From NCBI RefSeq assembly GCF_963853765.1, contig NC_088854.1:8680001-8744000 (forward strand): a stretch of 64,000 nt of DNA, written 5' to 3'. Positions 38,101 through 50,100 of this stretch are shown one piece after another. Position numbers and translations under genes: made by a program. This DNA is from Magallana gigas (taxonomy: Eukaryota). The notes below the pieces were generated by a model, which made no database searches, was not told where the DNA came from, and was given only the letters and a program-made list of their open reading frames with translations. The stretch's first letter is position 1, and every line of letters begins with the position of its first letter.

Positions 38101-41100
38101 TGTAATAGGCTCTCTGCCATTCCTCCATTCTTAAGTTTTAGATTTTCTGGTCCACTGCATACTATCACATCCACCTACATTTAAATTAACATAGATGACA
38201 CAGGATTGAGCTTTGTCACCTAGAGCACCCATTTTATCATTGTACAAACATTAGAACTGAACAAATGGATTTAGCATGTTAGGTTCATGTCCTTCCATCA
38301 ATACCTGCTGATTTGAAAGTTCTCCAGCTTTAAAAGATATCTGTATTTTTCCAATCTTTCCTTTGGAATTTGAAACATGTGTGACTAGAAAAATAAAAAA
38401 TAATGCATAAAGCAAGAACTTGATGTAATTAACTTAATAAGAACCATATACTTTTTTATTTTCTTTGAAAGGATGATAAATTTATGCATGCATAATAAAT
38501 TATTTTCCCATTTAACATGCAAAACAATGAAGTCAAACCTCATGATGGCTGCTTAGTTTCCATATATTATACTATCACGTCCACTTCAATAACAGTCAAT
38601 GAAAAGTATAAATTATAGCAGCTAGAACATTTTACAAAGCTACTAAATATTTCGTACATAGCAGAGAAACTATGACCTGGCATCATGTGTACCAGACCAG
38701 TAGTCTGAGATAGCTACATCTCCTCTTTTTTGGTTTATACAGTATATGGTTACCATATCTCACCTGCAGGTGGCACTGCAGCTGCCGGAGAACTCTGTGT
38801 TGCATTTGTCATGTTCAGAGCAGAAATAAATGCCTGTGAAGAAAATGGCTAAGAGACTCACTAATAAACCTTTACAGCATAACATTCATTCTTTTTACTG
38901 TGAATGATACTGTATTAAGTCTGCTGCAAAAAAAGCAAAATCCTAGTCTACCAATAACTTGTAACATAATTTGAGGTAAAAATCAAAATTGCTTGGTCCA
39001 CTTGTAGAGCAAAAAATACAAAGAACTGATGGGAATTATCGAATGTCCTAAAGAGTGATGGATCATTTAGCCCCTTATAAACAAGTGTACAACCACCATA
39101 TGTAATGACTTGATGGAAGCTGACCTGTTCTACTGTTTTCCATTTCTTGTCCTGATTGTATACAACAATGATAATCCTTTTGAGTTTCTTATTCTGATAC
39201 CTCTGGTCAAAGTCCTTGATGCAATCGGCCATCACTTGTGCCACTTGGTCGGGAGGGTAGTTCAGAGATCCCGTCCCCAGGGTGGGGAAAGCCAGGGTCT
39301 TTGTCATCTTGTGTTTGTTGGCCTCCTCTAGACATTCTGTCACAAAGTCTTTTAAGATCTAATAAAAAATGTTTGATCTACATAAATTTGGGGAGATATA
39401 CATGTACATATTAAATAAATATCAAAATTAATACATGCACTCTCAAAATAAAAACAAAACATAATCAAAGTGGAAAGGGAGAGAAAATTAAAAGCCATAA
39501 ATGGAGCAAACCTGGTTTCACTAGACATATTCTAGATTCTGGTGTACCATAAACTTATTATTACAAGTTCTTGAAGGAACTCTGTATACGGTACATGTAA
39601 TTAACCATTGATGTATACTGATTTGAAGAAGCAAACAATAAACAAAGTTGAACGTATTCAGTATAAAGAACTGAGTCCTTGCAACTATCTCACCCTAAAG
39701 CAGACTGTACCTGTTTAGGTGTAGGTGTACCTGCAGTCCCCCATTTTGGAATGGCTCCGTGGTACACAAACTGACACTGTAGATTATGACCTCTGGTTAT
39801 GGCGAGGTCACCGGACTGAATCCCCTGAGGATACTTCTGGTCACACTCTGTCTGTAGACCAGGCCCCGCGGCCTGTAATAGGCTCTCTGCCATTCCTCCA
39901 TTCTTAAGTTTTAGATTTTCTGGTCCACTGCATACTATCACGTCCACCTGGATAATATATATGTAATTTATATATCTCAACAGACAAATACAGCTTTGAA
40001 AAAAGACACTGATACTCAATGAATTATCAGTAGTCCTTTAAAGTTAATTCTAAATGATTCACATTTACCAGATATGTACAACCATTTACTTTGGACAATG
40101 GACATTAAACACAAACTCAATATAAGTTGATGAATAAATATATATATACCCTGGTATATATATTTTTGAAATATTCAAATGATTTTGATGTACAGTAAAA
40201 CACGGTTATAGCGAACACGCTTATAATGAATTGACGCTTACAGCGAAGTGATTTTTATTCCCCTTGACTTTATTTCTTGTTGTAAACTTAACGGATATAA
40301 CGAATTACGCTTATAACGAAGTAAAATTGCCCGTCCCTGGGACTTCGTTATAAGCGTGTTTTACTGTAATTGGTTTTTTTAAAGTGTGCTTAATATCTGT
40401 ATTGCATCCATAATCCCATTCCCAGTCCCAACCATAGCTTGCAAACTGTCATTATTGTGTTTTTGTACCTTCTGGTCTGGGAGATTTCCAATCTCCAAAG
40501 AAACATCAATATTTCCGACCTTGGAATGGCTTGTCTGTGAAGAGCCTGAATTTGAAAAAAAAAATGAGTTACCAGGTAAATAAAACAATAACAAAGCAAA
40601 CAGCATAGAATTAAACTCAATCAATCTATTAACCTTGATGACTGATACTTTATTCTTTTACTCTTAATGAATAGAGGTACCTGTTTTAGATATTTTTCTG
40701 GCTTTCTTCACGAATGCCTATAAAAATACAATCATGCACATGTAACTAAATACAATGCAATGCTATTCTTTTTACAGCTTCCCAATAACATACTAAAACA
40801 CTATGACTAATTTTCTTGTACATTGCACCAAATTATATCATACCGAATGAATCGAAGACTTAAACACACAAAATACAACTTGGCTGAGTGTGGGTCCAGC
40901 ATTTTCATTGCTAAATTCCTCCACAGCTTTGAACAGTAAATCGGCAAGGACTTTTGCTGGGTAACCAATGGTGGATCCAAGATCAGGAACAGCAATAGAA
41001 CTGAAGCCTTGGGAGTTTGCTCTTGTGAGACAATCTTTGACAATCTGTGTCACTGTCTTTATAAATTGAAATTGATAATTACTGACAACTTACAGATAAA

Positions 41101-43719
41101 AAAGTTTAATGTAAATGTCATTCATTTTTTGGAATTTATCAACTCTAGTAACAAAGAAAAAACTGAGTTCAATAGTTCATAAAAATCTTTAATGATAATA
41201 CAGAATAGAAAGCAATCATGAATATTTCTACCATATTTGGAAATTCAGAGGAAAAAAACCCCTCATAAAACTCATTACAAAGAGGCTCTTTCATGCTTTT
41301 AGATTGTATTCCAGTTATAATAAACACAGGTACAGGTATTATGAAACTATTTCTGAAAACTTAAATGTTTAAGATAAAGATTAGCTTGGGACAATTCAAG
41401 CTGCAAAACAGAACCAGTATTAAATCAATTGTTTTGAGAGGGAAAATACATCACTCAATGATCCATACTTGGTTTTGGCTGCCATCTTTCTGATTGTCTG
41501 GAAGGGTCACATGGTATACTCTCTGGCAGGGTAAGTTGTACCCCCCTGTGTCAGCTATGGCCCCCACACTCACACCGTGCGGAAACTTTTTCTCACACTC
41601 TGACTTTAGATTTGGTCCAGCAGCATCACTCAGCTCCTTGCTTGGAGTTCTACTGAGGTCAAAGTTAGGAGGTACCCCATTAACATACACATCCACCTGC
41701 AAACATTTTGTACTATGTTTATTCTAATGTGCTGAACATAACATATTGTATTGTGTTGTTAACATAAAAAATGTTATTTATACAGTATCACTAAGTGTAT
41801 ATAGTCTACTGTACCACGGTCACATTTATTGTTAAATATACAGTATTGCTATATGTACATTGACTACTGTACTACTGTCACACTGCCTGTTATGGAACCA
41901 ATATCACTAATCTATTTCGTATACAGTATTGCTAGGCGTACATTGACTATTGTACTATTGTTGCACTGATTGTTTTGTATACACTATTGCTATGCGTACA
42001 GTGTCTATTGTACTTCTGCCACACTGACTATTATGCATACTACCAGCAGTATCATTATGTGTACATTGTCTACTGTACTATTGTCACACTGTCTGTCATG
42101 TATACCCTACAGTATCACTATGTGTACACTGTCTATTGTCCTACTGTCAAACTTATTGTTATGTATACAGTATCAATAGTTGTGCATTGTCTATTGTACT
42201 ACTGTCACATTAAGAGTTATGTATACACCCTACAGTATCACTATGTGTACACTGTCTACTGTACTACTGTCACATTGACTGTCATGTATACACCCTGCAG
42301 TATTACTATGTGTGCACTGTCTATTGTACTACTGTCACATTGAGTGTTATGTATATATATGGTATCACTATGTGTACACTGTCTATTGTACTATTGTCAC
42401 ATTGAGTGTTATGTATATGGTATCACTATGTGTACACTGTCTACTGTACTACTGTCAGATTGACTGTCATGTATACACCCTACAGTATCACTATGTGTAC
42501 ACTGTCTACTGTACTACTGTCACATTGACTGTCATGTATACACCCTACAGTGTTACTATGTGTACACTGTCTACTGTACTACTGTCACATTGACTGTCAT
42601 GTATACACCCTGCAGTATCACTATGTGTACACTGTCTATTGTACTACTATCACCCTGTTATGTATATGGTATCACTATGTGTACACTGTCTACTGTACGA
42701 CTGTCACATTGACTGTCATGTATACAACCTACAGTATCACTATGTGTACACTGTCTACTGTACTACTGTCACATTGACTGTCATGTATACACCCTGCAGT
42801 ATTACTATGTGTGCACTGTCTATTGTACTACTGTCACATTGACTGTCAATTATACATCCTGCAGTTACTATGTGTACAATTTCTATTGTACTACTGTCAT
42901 ATTGACTGTTATGTATGCAGTATCACTATGTGTACACTGTCACTGTACTATTGTTTCATTAACTGTCATGTATACACCCTATAGCATCACTATGTGTACA
43001 ATGTCTACTTTACTTCTGACACATTGTGTGTTACTTATGTACTGTACCTGTTCATCTGTGAGTAGTCCCTTCACTACTGTCACACTGATTGTTATATAAA
43101 TAGCTTGCAGTATCACTATGGGTACACTGTCTACTGTACTACTGTCACACTGACTGCTATGTATAAAGTATTATTATGTTTACACTGTCTGCTGTACTAC
43201 TGTGACTACTGTCACATTGTGTGTACCTGTTCATCAGTGAGTGATCCATTTACTACTGTCACACTGACTGCGCCAACCTTTACCCACTGTCTGGCATTCT
43301 GATTGGCCCGGGCTTGGAACAGATTGAGAGATGAGGGTGTATGTGGTAGTGGCACTGTGGTGGCATTGGCTATAAGTGCAACATAATGAATCAAGATCAG
43401 GTTTTTTTATCACATTAATACAGCAATCTGATTCAATGTCCTTATTATATGTAATAAAATTAATTATTAAGTAAAGGTACTGTTGATGAAATATACATAT
43501 AAAGATATAAACATAACTTTTAGCACAAACTTTGATATTGTTTTCATGACACAACTGATGACAGTTGTTAAAAGAGCTTCTAAGCCTGTCAGCCTGTAAC
43601 CCAAATAGCAGAGAAAAAAAAATATATACATATTCATATTTGCCAAGACCAAAGCGAGCACCGTGTATTAAATACTTACCAACACTGGCATTAGACTTTT
43701 TAGTTTGTTGTCCCCCCAT
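35133..43719 (-). CDS. Macro-PARP: three macrodomains plus a C-terminal PARP catalytic domain with tankyrase-like H-Y-E signature, 15 exons
   Basis: All 15 exons join in phase (approx 43677-43719, 43228-43370, 41470-41697, 40843-41058, 40687-40723, 40471-40547, 39714-39948, 39124-39358, 38764-38834, 38307-38386, 37938-38176, 36907-37142, 36678-36744, 35820-36447, 35133-35404). Macro motifs VDVIV, AAGP, HNLQC..VYH, AFPTLGTG; PARP motifs YLFHGT, FGNGVYCAESSSKSDQY, FREFILYD..YPEYLITY. Confidence 0.92.
35600..35725. mobile_element. Degenerate second copy of the 4391-4531 hairpin element, in the last PARP intron
   Basis: aatagtgcctgttatggaagggtaactgttgaaattgac...ccattgtcaatgg...caacagttacccttccaaacaggcactattt. 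Confidence 0.8.
40193..40366. mobile_element. Tc1/mariner-pogo type MITE
   Basis: TIR cagtaaaacacg(g/c)ttata matches 17/18 and is flanked by TA on both sides. Confidence 0.8.
41790..43290. repeat. About 65-bp degenerate minisatellite filling PARP intron 2 and overlapping the end of exon 2
   Basis: Unit approx cagtatcactatgtgtacactgtctactgtactactgtcacattgactgtcatgtatacaccct, about 20 copies, most homogeneous at 42200-42850. Confidence 0.92.
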
Positions 43720-44113
43720 TTAGATGTTTAATATTGATTTTTATCCCCAGTCACTTTTTTATAAACAAAGTGAAAGTAATAAGTAGATTAATCTGAAGTA
43801 TATCTATTTTTGTCATTCCAGAGACATAAATAAATAATGTTATTTATGTCTCTGGTCATTCTAAATATAAAACCTGGTAATCTTAAAGTTGTTTATACTT
43901 CCTATTTTCCTATTTTCATTTTCTTAATCTACGTTCCACTACCTGGGAGACATTATTGTTGATTTTGGTAACACCGTTCGTTATATTTGTACTGAATTAG
44001 TTTAACACTGGTCTTGTTTAATCCCTCCAGCTATAATCTTTCGGTGACCCAGCTTTGATCGGGTTCGAAATTCGTAAAAAAAAAAAAAAAAAAAAAAAAG
44101 GCTAAAGGGGAAA
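43720..44113. promoter_or_regulatory. Probable bidirectional promoter between the PARP and the Scm3/HJURP-like gene
   Basis: Divergent ATGs are only about 395 bp apart, with a long poly(dA) tract at about 44076-44099. No TSS data. Confidence 0.5.
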
Positions 44114-47100
44114 ATGGCGGGGGCTTTGAAATATATGTCAGATCATGAGAATCGATTGCAAAGATTTAAGTCGAATCTTTTGTATATCTTCGATAAGGTT
44201 GGAACTGCATGAATAAAATTGACATTCCTTATCAAGTTTCTTTGTCTGGACGTAAGCAGTATTCGAATATGATTTGAACATGTCTAATTTCTGGTTTATG
44301 ATTATAGTACGAAAACTGTGAAGACGATGATACAGAAATAGACCTGCGTGATCTTTCTTTGCATCGAGGACGAAGTAAGACTTAACGTTTACTTTTTTAC
44401 AGTTCTTGTACATCTTCTAATATGCTTTATAGGGGGTCTAGTTGTTAATGTTACTGTCTAATGTTCATGATGTTTTATCATATTCCAATGCATTTCTTAC
44501 CATGACTGCCTTTAGCCCCCTTTCACCAGCTGTTCACAGTCAGGTTGGGACTAATCTCCCAAGTGGGTTATATAGAATGTATGTTCGTTGGCTGCATGCA
44601 AGGCCAACATAAAATGGATAATTTATTGATTATGAGTAAATTGCTTATTGGGCTTAATTATATTATATTATGGCAAACAACATGATACACGTACTGTGAG
44701 ATACATGTATGGAGTGAACAAGTTATAGGGTGAACGAACGATAATATGGGTGAACAGACACCGGGTGATCCGACCCAGGCAAACAGGTAGATAGGGCAAA
44801 TGAACCCAGTACCGGTTATATAAGCACGTTTGAGTTATAATAAATTTAAAATGAAAAGAAATAAATTTTTAATTTGGTAATTCCTAAAATAAATCAGCAT
44901 AAATACATATCATGCAATTGCAACCACTTTTCATATAAGGCAATAAAACAGTTCAGATTTCCAGTAAGGCAAATCTGTAACCTGGTTACAAATGAAACCA
45001 GACTAATGCAATAATCACCCTTCCTGATTTAATGCCTCAAATTCTGTGTAAAAGTGGTTTTCTCTAAAACAGGGTAACAAGGGTTACGAGGTTAAAGGGA
45101 CCTAAACACAGTTTTATATCAAAATTTTAATTTTTTTTATTATAAAATAGATGTAAAATATATGTACATGTTAAATAATTGACCAAACTTTATTGTTAGA
45201 AATCAAATTACATGCAAGATACAGAGGTAAGAAATCATGGACTCATTGTTATACAGTCAAACTTTGATATCTCGCACTAGATGGGACTATTTCAACACTT
45301 CGAGATATCCGAGTATTCGAGATGTCATGGGTAAAATACTTAAAAAATAAGTGGTTGGGACTTACAAATCACTTAGACATATCTATTGTATTCGAGATAT
45401 CGAAGTTCAACTGTATATGAAAACAAAGCTGGAGTCTGATATTCATTTACAAATAATGTGAAGTAAGGAAATTACCATATTTTTGACAAAATGACTTGTG
45501 GCATAAAAGATAAACTTATTCAATGTGTTCATAAATAAAATTATGAGCAAAAGAAAGCTCCATTTAATTGAAACTTATACCAGGGCCACTCTTAAAAAAA
45601 ATGTTTGTTTGGAATTGTCGCTTGGAGGTTTCTAGACTTGAGAGGGAGGGAATTTTTTTTTTCAAACTTGAAGTTTCACTAATTAAAAGTTGGTTTAAAA
45701 AAATGTTCTTCAGTTTTTGCTGATAAAATTTTATCAGTGGGGGGTATTTCAATGAGACGGGAGGCAATTCCAAACAAACAATAATTTTTTTTTGCCCAAT
45801 ACAACACATGTAAACAATAACAAAGACTTCAGCTTTGTTTACAAAACAAAGAGTTTCGAACTCTGGATCTTGCTTGTAACTCGATATTTGACCTACATTT
45901 TTGGGGAAGCATTAACGATACCCATATAAATCATTCTATACATTAAAAAAAAATGGAAAAATAAAATTTGAAAATGTAAAGCTCAAATCATGTCAAAGAT
46001 CCTTTAATAGACACTTGGAACAATGCTAATTTCTCTTTTGAAGCATATAACCATGGTTACAGACACTTAGATTAATACTAATCTCTCTTAAGAAACAAGG
46101 TAACAGTGTTAAGACTTGTGAGGGTAACAGACCCTTGTATCTATATGTATGTCTTTTAATTCTGAAACAGAGTAACAAGGGTTACGAGAGTTACAGACCC
46201 TTGTATCTATACTAATGTCTCTTTTGAAACAGGGTAACAAGGGTTACTAGGGTAACAGACTCTTGTATTTATGTGTATGTCTTTTCTGAAACAAAATTAT
46301 GAGGGTAACAGACCCTTGTATCAGTATGTATCAATATGAACTAGTACAGACTTTAGCTTGTGTGTTAACCCTTTAGCTCAATTGTTAGAGCATTAATAAT
46401 TGTTTTATTTTACCGAGGGGTCTGGAATTGTAGCCTACTGGTGGATATTCCTCCTATTCTGTTAATTGACTAATAAATCCACTCCATATGTGCAGAACTT
46501 TCCTGAACATGCTTAAGTTTATTTATACTTATTAATTAAAGAATAAAAACATTTATGATAACTTGTTTGACTTGTACATGATGACCAAATTTGAAAAAAG
46601 TCTTCTAGCTATATATACATGTTTTTCATAATACATGTATAGTAAATTCATAATTTTGTAGAACAATTTATTAGAAGCAAAACCAAGGGGTTTGGACACA
46701 GCAAACTTAGGAGTACACCAAGAGAGGGGAACCTAAATCTAGAGGACCATGGTACGTAATTCTGTTGTCATGACCTCTATATACCTGGTATATAGTACAT
46801 GTTTAAGTCCATGTACATCAAAAGTAATTTAAAATCAAAGAGGAAAATTTGTTTTAGTAAGGCATGACTAATGAGAGATAATGGTGACCAACGGTTCAAT
46901 ATGTCCATGGAAAATTGTAAATTAGCAGTTTGCCATCAGCGACATTATTTAGTCTTATATTTAGTATATGTATTAGATAATGATGTCATGTAAAGAAAGC
47001 AGTAATGTTTAAGCAATGTCCTGAGTTCAGTCACTGTCTGGATAACTCATATTAATGAGATACTAAGTTGAGATAATTGTCTTTTTATTACAAATTAAAT

Positions 47101-50100
47101 AATATTTGATTTCACAATCTAAAAACAAGTATATCCAACTTTTCTACTAAAAAACAATTTCTCTTTCATATTGAGCTGAAAACGGCAGAAGACTGTCTGA
47201 CTCGCATCAATTGCATATGATTGCATGCACAGTTGTAAAATGTTTTGTGAACAGTCATGAAGTCCATGATATTTTTTATTTGTATAAGTGTTCAAGGAAA
47301 GAATAACATCCCACTTTCATACAAATCATGTAACTTTGAAATATTAAAGATGATTCTTTTTAATCAATGAAACTGCCTTACCTGAACTTGGAATAAAATA
47401 ACCAAAACATGGTGGTACTTTATTGGATGAGTTCATTTCTGAAGGAAGTTTTTACAGGGCATGTGACATTTTTGTCTGTCTATAATCTCTAAATATAGCG
47501 ACTTGCATTTTTAGCTATATGTACTTAGATTACAACTTTTGTAATGGGGTGGTAAACAAGATGGGTCCAATAACAGAGGGATATCAGTTACGTACAGGAA
47601 TATGATCTAGCTATTAAATGAATACATTATATAATATATATAAGTTTATTTCATGTGATCAAGTTTTACATGATAATGTTTGAAAAATAGGTAAAAGATA
47701 TGTATGTGATATTGTAAGTACATTTAATTTTGTGTATAATATCTATATTAATATTTTGTATTATTTATCCCATGAGATAAGATTATATACAGCAAAGACT
47801 GCAAATTATACCATTATTTATCCTTTTCTGCATAATGACTGGATTAAACCTGTTTGTCAGTCCAAACTTCTTTCAGGATATTTTTTTGTTGTGCTTGTTA
47901 ACATTAGTCATTTTCATGCCAAAATGATATCTTTAGATGGGTATATATAATTTTTTATTCCCCCCCCCCCCCCTCTAAGAAGGGAAAGCATATTGCTTTG
48001 CTGCTGTCTGTCCACCAACAGTTTCAACTCATTTTCTTTGCAGAGGATGAACATATTGAAATGAAATTTGGTATACAGGTTTATCATGATAATATCTAGG
48101 TCAACTTCGATATTGGGTACGATCAAGCAATTTTCGACAGAGTTATGGCCCTTGGACTTAGAAAAATTCCAGTTTTTTGCAGTTTCCGCTCATTTTCTTT
48201 GCAGAGGATGAACATGTACATTGAAATGAAATTTGGTATACAGGTTTATCATGATAATATCTAGGTCAAGTGTGATATTGGGTACGATCAAGCAATTTTC
48301 GACAGAGTTATGGCCCTTGGACTTAGAAAAATTCCAGTTTTTTGCAGTTTCCGCTCATTTTCTTAGCAAAGGATGTACATATTGAAATAAAATTTGGTAT
48401 ACAGATTTATCATGATAATATCTAGGTCAACTTCGATATTGGGTACGATCAAGCAATTTTCGACAGAGTTATGGCCCTTGGACTTAGAAAAATTCCAGTT
48501 TTTTGCAGTTTCCGCTCATTTTCTTTGCAGAGGATGAACATATACATTGAAATGAAATTTGGTATACAGGTTTATAATGATAATATCTAGGACGAGTTCG
48601 ATATTGGGTACAATCGAGCAATTTTCAACAGAGTTATGGCTCTTGGACCTAGAAAAATTCCAGTGATTTGCAGTTTCTGCTCATTTTCTTCGCAGAGGTG
48701 CACATATTGATATGAAATTTGGTATACAGGTTTATCATGATAATATCTAGGTCAAATTTGATTTTGGGTATGATAGAGCAATTTTCGACAGAGTTATGCC
48801 CCTTGGACATAGAAAAATTCTCAATATTGGCATTTTACATTCATTTATTTGTGGATGTTTCCAAGGGAGGGGGGGGGGGCACATAAGTGTTTCACAAACA
48901 TCTCTTGTTAGTATTGCTTTCTAAAGCAAAGCACTTTTCCTTAACATGTACCATGCCATTTTTACAATATCATGCTTAAATTTCAGGACAGAATAATATC
49001 CCTGTCATTGATTACAGACAACAGACAGGGGATAGACAGGTAAAATATCTTAATTGATGATTTCTTCAAAATAGGAACATGTTATTTGAGATTTTCATTA
49101 TATGTTAACCTTGAATAAGCTATAACTTTATCATGATAACCCAAAATTAAACTACATTTAGTAACAACTGGAAAAGTTGAGAGTATTCGATACAAACAGT
49201 GTGTAATGCTTAAAGACAATGACCTTAGGTGTTCTTCACTGTAAATATTTTATTTTTGCTTTGATTTCAAAATTGATTTGCAATATTTAAAGCAAAGCAA
49301 TCTTTTTTCTTCAAGTTCAAAAAGTGAATAATTAAGTATTTCTTCTGAATTCATGAGTGTCAACTTTACACTGTACCCTTATTTCAACAGAGAGATGACC
49401 TACAGGCTACATATGTTGTGTCAAGGTCAGATGATCTGTGGAATTCTCATAGAAACCAACCTCTCCCACTGAATTATGATGAGCCAGATTGCTTGGATCC
49501 CCGACAGAGAATAGATGTGGATCCTAGTGATGTTGATCCCAGGGAAGTCGACCATTTCTCAGACGACAGCTCCAGGATACAGTGCCTCAATGGTAAATCT
49601 AAATCACACAGCAGAGCAATTCCTGCCAGGAATTGATCTGGGCCACAACATTTTGATTTTTACACATATTTAATTAAAATGGCGCAGTTTAGCAAACTGT
49701 CTGGGTACTAAGATAAAAAGAACATACAAAGAACTAACATAGATATTATTCGTTGTAAAGTGACTGAAACGGATATGCAACTAAACTGCTAATTTGTAAA
49801 AGTACATTTATTAGTCATGTGCACTTAAATCAGGTTATTACCGGTAAATGCTTATTGTGATGTTCGTAAAAATATTACATTATCCAGTGTGTGTGTGATA
49901 ATACTACAAATCGATTTTGTAATGTGTAGTCCAATACATTTCATCAATGACTATATTGATATTTAATTGTACAGTTGCTGAAAGTTATAAAAATTTAAGT
50001 TATAAGGAATCATTCTTTGATTATTATGAGGTGATCAAATATGGTTGGGCAAGATCAAATCTATCATAAAGCCTTTGGGCTTCATCTTCGATCATATTTG

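Noticed and set aside
7351-39331. Plus-strand ORFs at 7351, 8934, 18431, 35247, 36867 and 39110
   Set aside because: Antisense shadows of real minus-strand exons.
41970-43302. Many Cys/Tyr/Thr/Val-rich plus-strand ORFs that look like metal-binding or shell proteins
   Set aside because: They occur in all three frames of the 65-bp minisatellite, antisense to a PARP intron, with no signal peptide or splice structure.
43234-43719. 161-aa ORF read as one exon
   Set aside because: The middle is AT-rich intron read-through. A strong GTAAGT donor near 43676 and an acceptor near 43371 give an in-phase two-exon structure.
46745-46751. ATG in good Kozak context at the end of exon 3 as the start of the large plus-strand gene
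   Set aside because: Exons 1-4 already join in one open frame from 44114, and this ATG is out of that frame.
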